From an uncultured virus (IMG/VR IMGVR_UViG_3300049216_000090) (lineage: Duplodnaviria; Heunggongvirae; Uroviricota; Caudoviricetes): DNA of 64,000 nt. The translations under genes and the position numbers were made by a program. The stretch lies in IMG/VR virus record IMGVR_UViG_3300049216_000090. The stretch is one strand, 5' to 3'. Every line of letters starts with the position of its first letter. The stretch's first letter is position 1. A model generated the notes under the pieces. That model saw only the letters and a program-made list of their open reading frames with translations. It was not told where the DNA came from and did not search any database. Shown piece after piece: positions 1 to 10,040 of this stretch.

Positions 1-1
1 A

Positions 2-499
2 CAAGACAAGGCAATCGAACACGTCACCATCAGTTGGATGTCCGCATCGCCGACGCCAGATAAAAAAGGACCGTTCGGCAAGATCACCAGCTATGTTGTT
101 GACGGAACCAATCTGGATATTGCCGCAACATTGGCCTGGGCCAAAGCATCCGGCTCCGTGGTCGAACGACACGGCCCGTATTATGTCCGAGAAGACCTGT
201 ATAACAGGGCCAAGATACAACAAGAAAAACTCGGCAGCGGAAGCGTAAAATACTTCTCCGCATCCACGCCATCGAGCCGCCAGACTAACGCAACCAATGG
301 CGTCCACGCCATCAGCGACATCCTCTGCAACGGCGACCAGTTCGATAAGTTCCTTCTGACCGGCAACAACAAGGGCCGTGACGCTTCGGCGATTCTGAAG
401 GTTTACTTCGAGAAGGAGGGCTACCTGGAAGCCCGCTACCGCAACGAAACGGAACTCCTGAAAGAGTTTGACCTTCAAAGCGTCAGACGCCTGGATTAA
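2..499 (+). CDS. hypothetical protein, probably 5'-truncated by the window edge
   Basis: Frame is open from position 2 through ATG 38 to TAA 499; followed by a terminator. Confidence 0.7.
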   Translation, partial: QDKAIEHVTISWMSASPTPDKKGPFGKITSYVVDGTNLDIAATLAWAKASGSVVERHGPYYVREDLYNRAKIQQEKLGSGSVKYFSASTPSSRQTNATNGVHAISDILCNGDQFDKFLLTGNNKGRDASAILKVYFEKEGYLEARYRNETELLKEFDLQSVRRLD

Positions 500-509
500 A
501 ACCCTCACC

Positions 510-534
510 AGAGGCAGCTTCGGCTGCCTCTTTT
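510..534 (+). terminator. intrinsic terminator
   Basis: AGAGGCAGC-TTCG-GCTGCCTCT followed by TTT. Confidence 0.8.
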
Positions 535-536
535 GC

Positions 537-565
537 TTTACAGTCACTTCAAAGCGTGGTATCAT
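537..565 (+). promoter_or_regulatory. sigma70-type promoter (TTTACA family)
   Basis: TTTACA-N17-TATCAT with extended TG; GGAGG RBS and ATG 582 downstream. Confidence 0.75.
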
Positions 566-581
566 ACCGACTGGAGGCAAC

Positions 582-1061
582 ATGCCGGTCACGTTCACCA
601 AAGTTAAGCTGCCGAACGGCTGGTTGGGCAACATGGCCGCTTTCCCCCTCACTTACGAGGGCGTAGAGTGGCGCACCCCCGAAGCACTGTTCCAGGCACT
701 CCGGTTCTCCGACCCGTCTATCCGTGAAGAGATTCGCCTTGAGCGTTCTCCGATGGGTGCAAAGATGGCGGCGAAGCGGCACGCAACGAAGATGACCGTT
801 GTTCCGACTTCCCAGGCCGACCTTGACCTGATGGAAAACGTCCTCCGGTTGAAGTTGGATCAGCACCCGCAACTGAAAGAAGACTTGTTGGCGACCGGCG
901 ACGAAACCATCATCGAAGATGTGAGCGGTCGTCCGAGCGGTGGGCGGCACGTTTTCTGGGGCATGTCGAAAGCTACCGGAGAATGGGTCGGTCAGAACGC
1001 TCTGGGCACGATATGGATGAAACTCCGAGAGGAACTGAAACATGGGCGGTCTTCGTTGTAG
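582..1061 (+). CDS. NADAR (YbiA-like) family ADP-ribose hydrolase
   Basis: Motifs WLGNM, WRTPEALFQALRF, KLDQHPQLKEDLLATGD..IIED, FWG, GQNALG..WMKLREEL. Confidence 0.85.
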   Translation: MPVTFTKVKLPNGWLGNMAAFPLTYEGVEWRTPEALFQALRFSDPSIREEIRLERSPMGAKMAAKRHATKMTVVPTSQADLDLMENVLRLKLDQHPQLKEDLLATGDETIIEDVSGRPSGGRHVFWGMSKATGEWVGQNALGTIWMKLREELKHGRSSL

Positions 1062-1776
1062 CTCCCAACACCACGGCAAAATCATCGCCACGACCCCGCC
1101 CCAGGTGCGGACGTTGTTCTGGCACGGTGCGCCGAAGGGTGAGCAATTCATCTTCCCGCACACGCTGTTCGTGGCGTACTACACCCGACAGGAGGGGGCC
1201 AAATACTGGCTCAACCGCCTGCACGTTTCCTTCAGTTTGACCCCCATCGACCTGAAGAACCAGGAACAGCCAATCTACGGGCTGCCGCTGGCGAATACCG
1301 ATGTCGGAAACGCCATCTGCTTCTACGAGTGGCCGACGAGCGAACACCCCGAAGAGTTCATGAAGAAGGTGATCGCACAGTTCTGGGCATCGCCCTTCCA
1401 GGACTACGGCGACGGCTTCTCCCACTGGCTCGTCAGCTACGGCCAACACCGTGGCAGTGGAACCTGCAAGTTCCGCCAAGACTGGCAAGCGGCAACGGCC
1501 CGGCGGGACTGGAAGTGGCTGTGGGACCAGACGCTCCTCCAGGCTCCCTACGTCGTCAACCTGCGCAAACTGATCGCCTCCAACAAGACGATCAGCGAGG
1601 AAACCGACTGGTTCCCCAACATCGGCACGAAGATCACCAAAGAGATGATCGAGAAGCTGGCCGAACAAAAGTGGCGGGACTTCGGCTGCCCCGACGAGAA
1701 AGAGTACGAAGAACTCTTCATGGAAGAGGCTGAAGCCGAACTCAAGAAGGAAATGAGTTTCGTCCCGGTTTCTTGA
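1042..1776 (+). CDS. prokaryotic E2 family D-like protein with DUF2934-like C-terminal helix
   Basis: FPHTLF, LPLANT..GNAICF, FWASPF; paralog at 38522. Confidence 0.5.
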   Translation: MGGLRCSSQHHGKIIATTPPQVRTLFWHGAPKGEQFIFPHTLFVAYYTRQEGAKYWLNRLHVSFSLTPIDLKNQEQPIYGLPLANTDVGNAICFYEWPTSEHPEEFMKKVIAQFWASPFQDYGDGFSHWLVSYGQHRGSGTCKFRQDWQAATARRDWKWLWDQTLLQAPYVVNLRKLIASNKTISEETDWFPNIGTKITKEMIEKLAEQKWRDFGCPDEKEYEELFMEEAEAELKKEMSFVPVS

Positions 1777-1782
1777 AACTTC

Positions 1783-1812
1783 GTGAACTAGAACCGGGAT
1801 TCGTGGTCTACC
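1783..1812 (+). promoter_or_regulatory. degenerate motif A
   Basis: GTGAAC-N17-GTCTACC directly after a stop codon, upstream of ATG 1845. Confidence 0.6.
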
Positions 1813-1844
1813 TCCACGAATCCCGGTTTCGTTTGGAGAGAAAC

Positions 1845-3323
1845 ATGGCCGACGAACTCAGCAGCTACATGGTGTTCCACGACCTACAACAAAAGGTCAT
1901 GTGCGGGGACATCCCCGTTGACTTCGGCGGTCACTTCCAGGGCAAACTCGACAAGAGCGCCTTCGACCGCATCCACGTCCGCATGGCGCTGGGTGACGAC
2001 CTGGACGAAGCCCCGACGCCGAAACAACAGGTCGCCGCACTGAGGGCCATTCTCGACAACCCGGAACTCCCGGCGTTGGAAAAGCCCATCGACTTCCGGG
2101 GCACGCCGTTCCTCGAATGCTCCGAGTGTGCCGAAGACGTTCTCCTCAGCACCGACGGCAAGAAGCTGTACTGTCGCAACCCCTGCACCTGTCCCGACGG
2201 CATCGGGGCGTTCGTGTTCGAGTTGAACATCCCCAGCGGGCGCATGGCCGTCGCCAACGACCTTCGTAACCTGTTCCCCATCGTCGGCGACTACAACATC
2301 AACAGCCGCAAGGGTATGTTGCAAACCTCGATGAAGTACGCCGAGGCGGGCATGGCCCACGGCTTCGTCGGCAACACCTGCCCCGGCGTCTACCGCACCA
2401 AGAAGGACGCCACCAAGTTCATCATCGGTTGTTCTTCCTACGACGAAGACGGTTCCGACGAGTCCCGCAAGGAACCGGGCGGGCGTAGCGCCGTCCGTGT
2501 CGGTGGCGTCTGCACCGACCTGTGGTGGTACAGCGTGGTGGACGGCGACGAACTGGAGCGGCGACTTGCCAAGTACGGCGACAACCCCCGCCGTGGCGGT
2601 CCCGATGTCGATTACATCGAGTGCAAGCCGGGCGTGTACCGATTCACGCACGTCTACCACATGATCGACCGTGACGACTTCAGCAAGCCCCAGGTGTACT
2701 GCACCATCGAGCGTGTTCGGAAACCCGACCCGATGAAGGATTACGAGGCCGAATACAAGAGCCTCGACCTGAAGGCCGGGCAGGTGATCCTACAACAGAT
2801 TCGTGACTGGCCCAGCCTGTACAACAAGGGCGGCGAGCGCACCGTCGATTCCATCCAGCGTGCCGCCGACCAGTTGATGATCGTGGGCGGCAGCGGCGAT
2901 GAGATTCACCCCAACGGCTGGCGGGGCAGCAACCCCGACCTGACCAACGACCACGAGGACATGGAGATTCCTCTATTCGACAAAGCCTTTCACTGGTATC
3001 CTCTGAGCGACAGCACGTTCCTGGTGAACGCAGCGGGCCAGGGCAGGAACCTGTGGGGCGGTCCACTGCCGGAAAACTACCTCAACGAAAGTTTCACGGC
3101 GTTGGGTTTCAACATCGCCTACTCCATCGTCGTCCACGGTTGTGAGGAAGGGAACCAACGGCACGACGCACCGACCAACTACAAGTACGCCTGTCTCATC
3201 ATGCTGGGGCTGGCCGACCGTTACCCCGACCGGGTTCCCGAATACGCCAAGGAAGTCATCGAAGACTTGAGGCGTAACCACATCCGCGGTTACGTCGCCC
3301 AGACGCCCGTGACCAAGAAGTAA
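1845..3323 (+). CDS. hypothetical protein (Cys-containing)
   Basis: Long ORF; GGAGAG RBS before ATG 1845. Confidence 0.8.
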   Translation: MADELSSYMVFHDLQQKVMCGDIPVDFGGHFQGKLDKSAFDRIHVRMALGDDLDEAPTPKQQVAALRAILDNPELPALEKPIDFRGTPFLECSECAEDVLLSTDGKKLYCRNPCTCPDGIGAFVFELNIPSGRMAVANDLRNLFPIVGDYNINSRKGMLQTSMKYAEAGMAHGFVGNTCPGVYRTKKDATKFIIGCSSYDEDGSDESRKEPGGRSAVRVGGVCTDLWWYSVVDGDELERRLAKYGDNPRRGGPDVDYIECKPGVYRFTHVYHMIDRDDFSKPQVYCTIERVRKPDPMKDYEAEYKSLDLKAGQVILQQIRDWPSLYNKGGERTVDSIQRAADQLMIVGGSGDEIHPNGWRGSNPDLTNDHEDMEIPLFDKAFHWYPLSDSTFLVNAAGQGRNLWGGPLPENYLNESFTALGFNIAYSIVVHGCEEGNQRHDAPTNYKYACLIMLGLADRYPDRVPEYAKEVIEDLRRNHIRGYVAQTPVTKK

Positions 3324-3359
3324 CAACTTAGTCCCGTCCGGCGGGACGCCCTGCGGAGA

Positions 3360-4049
3360 GTGGCTATGTGGAAGTGGATCAAGAACAAATTCGCTCGCAC
3401 CATGAACCGCCGTGAACTGTCGGAATACGACGCCTTGGTGATTCACGACATCATCATGGCGAGCGGCGAGACGGAGTTCATCGACAAGTTGAAGGACCGG
3501 ATGAAGGTTCACGCCGAGTCCAGCATGGGCATGTACGCCATCGCTGCGGCGTGGTACGGACAGCCCGTGCCCGACAGCATCCGCTACGAGTTGAAGAAGC
3601 GGTTCAACTTCGACAGCGACCTTCAGGCTCGGAACCTTACGTCGTGGGACGGCAGGGCGATGGAGTTGGGCGTGCTGGCGAGCGCCCTGCCCCACGAGAT
3701 GACGATGAAATACTTCCATTTCGACATGGAAGCGAAGGCCGCAGAGCAGGGCGTCAGCCTCGAAGACGTGCGGGCGTTCCTGAACAAATACGTCAAGGAA
3801 ATCAAGATCGGCAAGTGGGGTGACGAAGAGATTCACTTCTACAAGTCGATGCGGGCGAGTATCGACGGCGAGCAGCCCGAAGAAGAGTTGTGGAAGTACG
3901 CCACGGTCCTGGGCCTGGGCGGTGTCGGCGACCAGGGTGAAGACTCGCTGGTGGCCCACGGCAAACTGGCGGTCACGAACGTGAAGAAGCTGATGGAAGC
4001 TGATGCGGTGTTCATGGACAAATTCGACTTCCTCAAAAACATCAAGTGA
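3360..4049 (+). CDS. hypothetical protein
   Basis: ORF with GGAG RBS. Confidence 0.75.
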   Translation: MAMWKWIKNKFARTMNRRELSEYDALVIHDIIMASGETEFIDKLKDRMKVHAESSMGMYAIAAAWYGQPVPDSIRYELKKRFNFDSDLQARNLTSWDGRAMELGVLASALPHEMTMKYFHFDMEAKAAEQGVSLEDVRAFLNKYVKEIKIGKWGDEEIHFYKSMRASIDGEQPEEELWKYATVLGLGGVGDQGEDSLVAHGKLAVTNVKKLMEADAVFMDKFDFLKNIK

Positions 4050-4052
4050 GTC

Positions 4053-4361
4053 ATGGAACATCCCAGCAACATCCGCCCGGTGTGTGAGCATCACGCTGCC
4101 AAGCCGGACCCGCAATACTTCGAGAAGCCGTTCGACTGGTTCTTCGGCAAGTTCTGCAAGCTGAGGTTCCCCACCGGGCGAATGGATTCCCCAATGTACG
4201 AATCCATGTGGGTGAAGGTGGAGCGGGTGCAGGACCACGATGGTAAGCCCATGTTATTGGGCGAACTCAACAACGACCCGATGTACGTCGCCGAATACAA
4301 GTGCGGCGATGGCGTATTGTTCGACCGCAACGAAGTCTGTGACGTTCTGGAGGCAAAATGA
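4053..4361 (+). CDS. DUF2314/YegJ-like protein
   Basis: ESMWVKV...LLGELNNDP motif. Confidence 0.55.
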   Translation: MEHPSNIRPVCEHHAAKPDPQYFEKPFDWFFGKFCKLRFPTGRMDSPMYESMWVKVERVQDHDGKPMLLGELNNDPMYVAEYKCGDGVLFDRNEVCDVLEAK

Positions 4362-5023
4362 AAGCCTGGGTTCTTCCCGACATTGACGTGAGCTACCTGG
4401 ACGAAATAATCCTCAACAAAGAAGGACTCGTTCAGCCGCTCCCGTACTCCGTGTACCAAGACCTTGACTTGACGCACCTTCAAGTCTGGTGCAACAAGAA
4501 GGGCGTTTACACGCTGCCCACTAACGAACTCATAGCCTGGATCAAGAACAGAATCGGCGGTCGCAAGGCCATCGAAATCTGTGCCGGGACCGGCGGCATC
4601 GCTCGTGCCCTGGGCATCATCGCCACGGATTCGTACATCCAGACCATGCCGGAAATGGTGGCGTACTACAAAGCCATCGGCACGCAACCCATTGACCCGC
4701 CTTCCGACGTGTACCAGTTCGAGGCCAACGAAGCCGTCGATACACTGAAGCCGAAGGTCGTCGTGGGTTGCTACGCCACCCAGAAGTTCCAAGAGGGCGA
4801 CCAGAACGAGCCGAAGGTGGGTTCGTCGGTTTACGGCGTGGACGAGATGTTGATGCTGCCCAAGATCGAAACCTACATCTGTGTGGGCAACGATCACTCG
4901 CACCACGACAAGCGGATCATCAAGCTGCTACCGCATGAGACGCACCGATTCCCGTGGATCGTGACTCGTACAATGAAGCAGGAAGAGAACTTCATTAAGG
5001 TGTGGGACAACCAGGGCCAATGA
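4358..5023 (+). CDS. putative SAM-dependent methyltransferase-like protein
   Basis: AIEICAGTGGIARAL glycine-rich motif I; ATGA overlaps at both ends. Confidence 0.55.
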   Translation: MKAWVLPDIDVSYLDEIILNKEGLVQPLPYSVYQDLDLTHLQVWCNKKGVYTLPTNELIAWIKNRIGGRKAIEICAGTGGIARALGIIATDSYIQTMPEMVAYYKAIGTQPIDPPSDVYQFEANEAVDTLKPKVVVGCYATQKFQEGDQNEPKVGSSVYGVDEMLMLPKIETYICVGNDHSHHDKRIIKLLPHETHRFPWIVTRTMKQEENFIKVWDNQGQ

Positions 5024-5463
5024 TCGAATACACGAAGGGCGACATCCTCACGAGTGACTGTGAGGCCGTCGTCAATACGGTGAACTGTTACGGCAAGATG
5101 GGCCGGGGGCTGGCGCTCGCATTCAAGCGTCAGTTCCCGGCCATGTTCCTTGCGTACAAGCGTGACTGCGATGACGGCAAGGTGAAGACTGGCAGTATGC
5201 ACGTTTGGAAGAATCCCAACGGCGGCTGGGTCATCAACTTTCCTACAAAGGATCACTGGCGAACTCCGTCCTTGATGGAATGGATCGTCGCCGGGCTGGA
5301 CGATTTGGTCCAAGTCGTTAAACAGAAAGAAATCAAGTCAATCGCAATACCGCCTCTGGGTTGTGGTCTAGGTGGACTACAATGGTATCAGGTGCGGGCC
5401 GAGATTAAGCGTGTTCACGATCAGCACTGGAAAGACATTAGATTGGTGGTGTACGAACAATGA
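5020..5463 (+). CDS. macrodomain protein (DarG/TARG1-like ADP-ribosylhydrolase)
   Basis: GDIL, VNTVNCYGKMGRGLA, INFPTKDHWR, SIAIPPLGCGLGGL. Confidence 0.9.
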   Translation: MIEYTKGDILTSDCEAVVNTVNCYGKMGRGLALAFKRQFPAMFLAYKRDCDDGKVKTGSMHVWKNPNGGWVINFPTKDHWRTPSLMEWIVAGLDDLVQVVKQKEIKSIAIPPLGCGLGGLQWYQVRAEIKRVHDQHWKDIRLVVYEQ

Positions 5464-5577
5464 AATACAATGTTGGATTGACCGAGAACGTGTGGTATAT
5501 CCTCGACGAGTACGGTTATCTGATAGCATACGGGACCAAGCGATACGTCGAAGACTTCCTCGATTGGGCAGAGAACC

Positions 5578-5961
5578 ATGATCGGACAAAGCGACAACGG
5601 GCGGTTGCTCGATGAGTATTACCCGCCGGGTTATCGACATATCGAAGACCACGAGATCGCCGTAGCGGGCGAGTCGATGTGCTGTCACAACGCTTCGGTT
5701 GCTGATCCTAAACAGTGGACTCAGATCACACAATCTAGTGCGCTGGGCATCAACGGCTATTCTCTGCGGCAGAAGTGGCCCGCTTATACATTTGCGATCA
5801 AAGACACCACCAAGCCCATTTTCAACGAACGCATCCTGTCAAAGAAAACCATCGAAGGTTTTTTAGAAGGTGAGCGTGTTCCCGCTCTGGACTCTGACGA
5901 ACAGTTGCTTTTGCTGTCTTTGATGGCGAAGTTCGGGCTGATCGAATTCGAGTATTACTGA
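5578..5961 (+). CDS. hypothetical protein
   Basis: ORF in operon. Confidence 0.6.
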   Translation: MIGQSDNGRLLDEYYPPGYRHIEDHEIAVAGESMCCHNASVADPKQWTQITQSSALGINGYSLRQKWPAYTFAIKDTTKPIFNERILSKKTIEGFLEGERVPALDSDEQLLLLSLMAKFGLIEFEYY

Positions 5962-5964
5962 GGC

Positions 5965-5993
5965 TTTACAACCCCTCAGTTTCGTGGTACTAT
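5965..5993 (+). promoter_or_regulatory. sigma70-type promoter (TTTACA family)
   Basis: TTTACA-N17-TACTAT with extended TG. Confidence 0.75.
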
Positions 5994-6035
5994 CTCATAA
6001 CCTGCGTCTCATCTCCGATCTTCATTCAGAGGCAC

Positions 6036-6317
6036 ATGATGTCCTTCACCACGCTTTACCGATGCAAAGGCATTTGCGATGACGCCAAGACTCTCAGTGA
6101 GATGGCCGAGAACCTTGAGTCTGCGGCCAAGGAACTGAGGGAGATGGAGGCCGCTGGCGTCTCGCTCGACGGCCCGGTCAACGACGACTACGCCGAGTTC
6201 GTCACCGAAGATCAAGAAACCGCAACCAAGTACGGGCTGACCGCCCTCGAAGACGATCTCGACGAGGACGAAGAAGACAAGGCGTTCGGCGAAGGCTTGG
6301 AGGAAGAGGGGTCGTAA
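6036..6317 (+). CDS. acidic hypothetical protein
   Basis: GAGG RBS; D/E-rich. Confidence 0.7.
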   Translation: MMSFTTLYRCKGICDDAKTLSEMAENLESAAKELREMEAAGVSLDGPVNDDYAEFVTEDQETATKYGLTALEDDLDEDEEDKAFGEGLEEEGS

Positions 6318-6562
6318 TGACCACAAGAGAAGACATCCGTGGGTGGTTCGAGCGGGGCGTGGAAGAGGGTGCAACGCACATGATTGTCGTGTGTGACACC
6401 TTCGACCACGAAGACTATCCGGTCTACGTCCGGCCCGACCAAATCTCCCAGGTGGTGTACGAAGAGTACGAAGGCAAGAACATGCAGCGGGTCATGGAAG
6501 TCTACGACCTGTCTGACGACATGGAATCACAGTTGTCGCAAAAGAGATCGTGGTCCGTATGA
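6317..6562 (+). CDS. small phage hypothetical protein (GATHMIVVCDTFD motif)
   Basis: TAATG coupling. Confidence 0.75.
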   Translation: MTTREDIRGWFERGVEEGATHMIVVCDTFDHEDYPVYVRPDQISQVVYEEYEGKNMQRVMEVYDLSDDMESQLSQKRSWSV

Positions 6563-6759
6563 TCTACTGGCGCATCGGTGTCTTCAGTAAGCAGAAGGGC
6601 GGCTTCAACTGCTACTTCAAAACTCAACGCCGATACATCCCGGCGATGGTGGTTGAACTGGCGGTTCGGCAGGGTGAATTGCTGGACACCTTTGCCGAGT
6701 ATGCGGACGAAGTTGTTGAAATTACCAAAGACGAATACTTCACCCATATGTGGGAGTGA
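6559..6759 (+). CDS. hypothetical protein
   Basis: ATGA coupling. Confidence 0.6.
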   Translation: MIYWRIGVFSKQKGGFNCYFKTQRRYIPAMVVELAVRQGELLDTFAEYADEVVEITKDEYFTHMWE

Positions 6760-6762
6760 CCG

Positions 6763-6960
6763 ATGGCCTGTAACATTCCGGGATGCGCCTGTGGCGGCAA
6801 GAAGTCCATCAGCAACCTGCTGGACCGCCTCGAATCCAAGCGGGTGAACAAGCACACCCCGCCCGAAGCTGGGATGGTGAAAACCGACACCCCGAAGGGC
6901 GAATATCCCCAGGCCGCACCGCCGCAGGAGCCGCCGAAGGAGCAGTCAAACAATGGCTGA
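6763..6960 (+). CDS. hypothetical protein
   Basis: GGAG RBS. Confidence 0.55.
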   Translation: MACNIPGCACGGKKSISNLLDRLESKRVNKHTPPEAGMVKTDTPKGEYPQAAPPQEPPKEQSNNG

Positions 6961-7192
6961 ACCAGAAGAGTTCTGGCCGAAGGACCGCTGGCCGAACACC
7001 CTGATCCCGCATCCGGGGTGGTTTCGGCGTCAGTGGTGCGCACTCTTCGGCCACGACTTCAAAAAGTTTCTCTGGGGCGGCATCGACCACCCATTCGATT
7101 GTGATTGTTGCACCCACTGCCACAAGATGCGTGGGCCGCTCCCACTCGACCGTGACACGGAAACCTACCCGTGTCGCATGAAGGAATACTGA
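6953..7192 (+). CDS. hypothetical protein (Cys/His-rich)
   Basis: AGGAG RBS, coupled to neighbours. Confidence 0.6.
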   Translation: MAEPEEFWPKDRWPNTLIPHPGWFRRQWCALFGHDFKKFLWGGIDHPFDCDCCTHCHKMRGPLPLDRDTETYPCRMKEY

Positions 7193-7611
7193 TGAAGAAG
7201 TTGAAGAACGAATACCAGCAGACCCACATCGACCGGCTGCGGTTGGGAAGTTTCAACAGCATGGACGGCGACATTGTTGCCGACGCCCTCATCGACAACG
7301 AGAAGCTGTGGGATTCGTTCATGTTCGGTCGGTTCGGCAACTACGGCGGCAAACTGATCGAACTCCGTGACCTGAAGAGTGAGTGCATCAACGCCGATAC
7401 ATTGATGATCCTCACCACCCTCGACCGCTGGCCCGCACTCAAAGCGGTGTTGGACCAGAAAGACATGGAAGTGAACGAGATCGGCTACACCTGCATGGAC
7501 GGCACGACCTGGGGCACGGCTCCCTTCAAGAATGCCGAAGAACTCTGTCGGGAGTTGGGCGGCGGGACCGACGACGAGAACGGCATCGTCGTCCGAGTTT
7601 GGTGGGATTGA
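7192..7611 (+). CDS. hypothetical protein
   Basis: TGATG coupling, AAGGA RBS. Confidence 0.7.
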   Translation: MKKLKNEYQQTHIDRLRLGSFNSMDGDIVADALIDNEKLWDSFMFGRFGNYGGKLIELRDLKSECINADTLMILTTLDRWPALKAVLDQKDMEVNEIGYTCMDGTTWGTAPFKNAEELCRELGGGTDDENGIVVRVWWD

Positions 7612-7631
7612 GGAAAAACTTGCCGTAGACC

Positions 7632-7669
7632 GTGAACTAGACCGGAACGGGCCGGTCTACCCTGCGAGA
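7632..7669 (+). promoter_or_regulatory. motif A (outlying copy)
   Basis: GTGAACTAGACCGG-AACGGG-CCGGTCTACCCTGCGAGA. Confidence 0.85.
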
Positions 7670-7702
7670 AATAGGGTCACGAAGCTACAAGAGGGCAAGA
7701 AC

Positions 7703-9973
7703 ATGGCGATCTCGAACCGCTTCCCCGGCAAGTGCAACAACCCGATCTGCTCCCTGAAGAAGAACGTCTACAACGGCGTGGCTGCGGGCGAAGGTTTCGC
7801 CACCAAGATCAACGACAAGTGGGTGACGTGGTGCAAGGAGTGCGTCCCCACCCAGAAGGTGGCGGTCGAAGCCGTGCGCCGTGTCCTGACCGCCGACGGC
7901 AAAATCTACCTCCCCGGCTACGAACCGGCCAGCCTACCCCTCCTCAAGTCCCTCAAGGGGCCGGGCGGCGTTTTCGGGCCGAAGTTCGACGGTTCCGACA
8001 AGTCCTGGTCCGTCTCCCTGGACCCCGCCGACCGCCAGCGCCTCCTCGAAGTGGCCGACCGCCTCAAGCTGGAGGTCGCCCCGTCCCTCCGCATCGCCAT
8101 CGTCACCGAACAGGCCCAGAACGCCCTGCACGCCGGTCTGTACCCGTTCCAGGTGCAGGGCGTCAACTGGATGAGCAAGCGGAAGAAGGCTCTCCTGGGC
8201 GACGACATGGGGCTTGGCAAGACGGTCCAGGCGTTGGTGTCCATCCCGGCCAACGGGAAGGCGCTGATCGTCGCCCCGGCTGGCCTCAAGTACAACTGGC
8301 AGCAGGAAGCGTCGGTGTGGCGTCCCGACCTGAAGGTTATCGTCCTGAAGGGCGGCACGTCCTTCAGGTTCCCGACGGACGGCGAACTCGTCGTCACCAA
8401 CTACGACATCCTCGCCGACTACCTGGACCCGACGCCGAAGGCGAAGGGTGCGAAGAAGGCTCCGAAGATGCCGTGGGCCGAACTGAAGGTTTGGCGTGAG
8501 AAGCTGAAGGCGGCTCACCCGGAAGCCGAAGGCGTCGTCGTGATCTTCGACGAAGCCCACAAGGGCAAGAACTACAAGACGGAACGCTCCCGCAAGATGC
8601 GGGAACTGTCCCGCCTCTGCTCGAAGGTGTGGGCGCTCACCGGCACGCCGCTCGACAACAAGCCGGAAGACCTGTTCGGGGTTCTCGACAGCATCGACAT
8701 GGCGTTCGACGTGTTCTCGCCCAGCAAGGGCCAGTCCCCGTTCGACAAGTTCCAACAACTGTTCGGGGCCGTTCGTGGCAAGTACGCCACCCACTACGGC
8801 ACGCCCGCCCCGGAAGTGCCCGAACTGCTTCGCCGGGTGATGCTCCGTCGCACCCGCCCGGAAGTGCTGCCCGACCTGCCCCGCAAGACGTACACCAACC
8901 ACGTCGTCGGGGAGATGAACCCGGACCTTCGCCGCCAACTCGACGAGATTTGGGACGAAGATGGGATGTCGCTCGAACTGGAAGGGATGCTTCCCCCGTT
9001 CGAGAAGATGTCGGAAATCCGGGCCGCTCTCGCCAAGAGCAACATCCCGGCGATGTTGGAGTACATCGAGAACGCCGAGGAGCAGGAAGTCCCGCTCGTC
9101 GTGTTCTCCAGCCACCTTGCCCCGCTGGACGAACTCCTGGGCCGTCCGGGTTGGGCCGTCATCAACGGCTCCACCAGCCCGGAGAAGCGTCAGGAAATCG
9201 TCAACGCCTTCCAAGCGGGCCGCTTGAAGGGTGTCGGCCTCACCATCCGGGCCGGTGGCGTCGGGCTGACCCTGACCCACGCTTGGAAGGCGCTGTTCGT
9301 GGACCTGGATTGGGTTCCGGGTTGGAACAGTCAGGCCGAGGACCGGATTTGCCGCATCGGGCAAACCAGCAACAAAGTCGAGATCGTCCGCATGGTGAAC
9401 GACCACCCGCTCACCATGCACATCCTCAACACCCTCGTCGAGAAGACGAAGATGATCGAGGCGGCTGTCGAGCGGAAGATGGAAGTGGTGGTGAACGCCC
9501 CGGTGAAGACCAACACCGAGACGGAAACGCAGGAAGAGTTCGACGCTCGCATGGCCCGCATCGAAGCGGCCCAGAAGGAGATCGAGGCGAAGAAGGCGAC
9601 GGAATCCGCCGAGCAAGCCAAGAGCCGGGCGAAGGGCAAGGTGGACCTGATCCACGGGCGTGAGAAGGCCCGCAACAGCCGCCCCATCCTCCCCCTGACG
9701 GAGAAGCGGGTCGCCGCCGTCCGGGAAAGTTTCAAGTTCATGCTGTCCGTCTGTGACGGGGCGCACAGCAAGGACGGCCAGGGGTTCAACAAGCCGGACG
9801 CCGTTGTCGCCCACTGGCTGCTGACGGCGGGGCTGGAAACCCCCAAGGAAGTCGAGGCCGGGTACTACATGCTGGTTCGCTACCACCGGCAGTTGAGCGG
9901 AACCTACCCGGTTCTGTTCAACGGGACGCCGGAAGACCGTGCCGCCATCATCGCCCAGGCCAACGAGCAGTAA
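7703..9973 (+). CDS. SNF2-family (HARP/SMARCAL1-like) DEAH helicase/translocase
   Basis: GDDMGLGKT, FDEAH, LTGTP, GGVGLTL, QAEDRICRIGQ; start at ATG 7703 after motif A and GAGGG. Confidence 0.9.
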   Translation: MAISNRFPGKCNNPICSLKKNVYNGVAAGEGFATKINDKWVTWCKECVPTQKVAVEAVRRVLTADGKIYLPGYEPASLPLLKSLKGPGGVFGPKFDGSDKSWSVSLDPADRQRLLEVADRLKLEVAPSLRIAIVTEQAQNALHAGLYPFQVQGVNWMSKRKKALLGDDMGLGKTVQALVSIPANGKALIVAPAGLKYNWQQEASVWRPDLKVIVLKGGTSFRFPTDGELVVTNYDILADYLDPTPKAKGAKKAPKMPWAELKVWREKLKAAHPEAEGVVVIFDEAHKGKNYKTERSRKMRELSRLCSKVWALTGTPLDNKPEDLFGVLDSIDMAFDVFSPSKGQSPFDKFQQLFGAVRGKYATHYGTPAPEVPELLRRVMLRRTRPEVLPDLPRKTYTNHVVGEMNPDLRRQLDEIWDEDGMSLELEGMLPPFEKMSEIRAALAKSNIPAMLEYIENAEEQEVPLVVFSSHLAPLDELLGRPGWAVINGSTSPEKRQEIVNAFQAGRLKGVGLTIRAGGVGLTLTHAWKALFVDLDWVPGWNSQAEDRICRIGQTSNKVEIVRMVNDHPLTMHILNTLVEKTKMIEAAVERKMEVVVNAPVKTNTETETQEEFDARMARIEAAQKEIEAKKATESAEQAKSRAKGKVDLIHGREKARNSRPILPLTEKRVAAVRESFKFMLSVCDGAHSKDGQGFNKPDAVVAHWLLTAGLETPKEVEAGYYMLVRYHRQLSGTYPVLFNGTPEDRAAIIAQANEQ

Positions 9974-9982
9974 CCCGAAACG

Positions 9983-10012
9983 AACCCCACCCGACACAAC
10001 GGGTGGGGTTTT
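9983..10012 (+). terminator. intrinsic terminator
   Basis: AACCCCACCC...GGGTGGGGTT followed by TT. Confidence 0.75.
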
Positions 10013-10040
10013 CCAACTTCACACTTGCTTCGAGAAAGTC

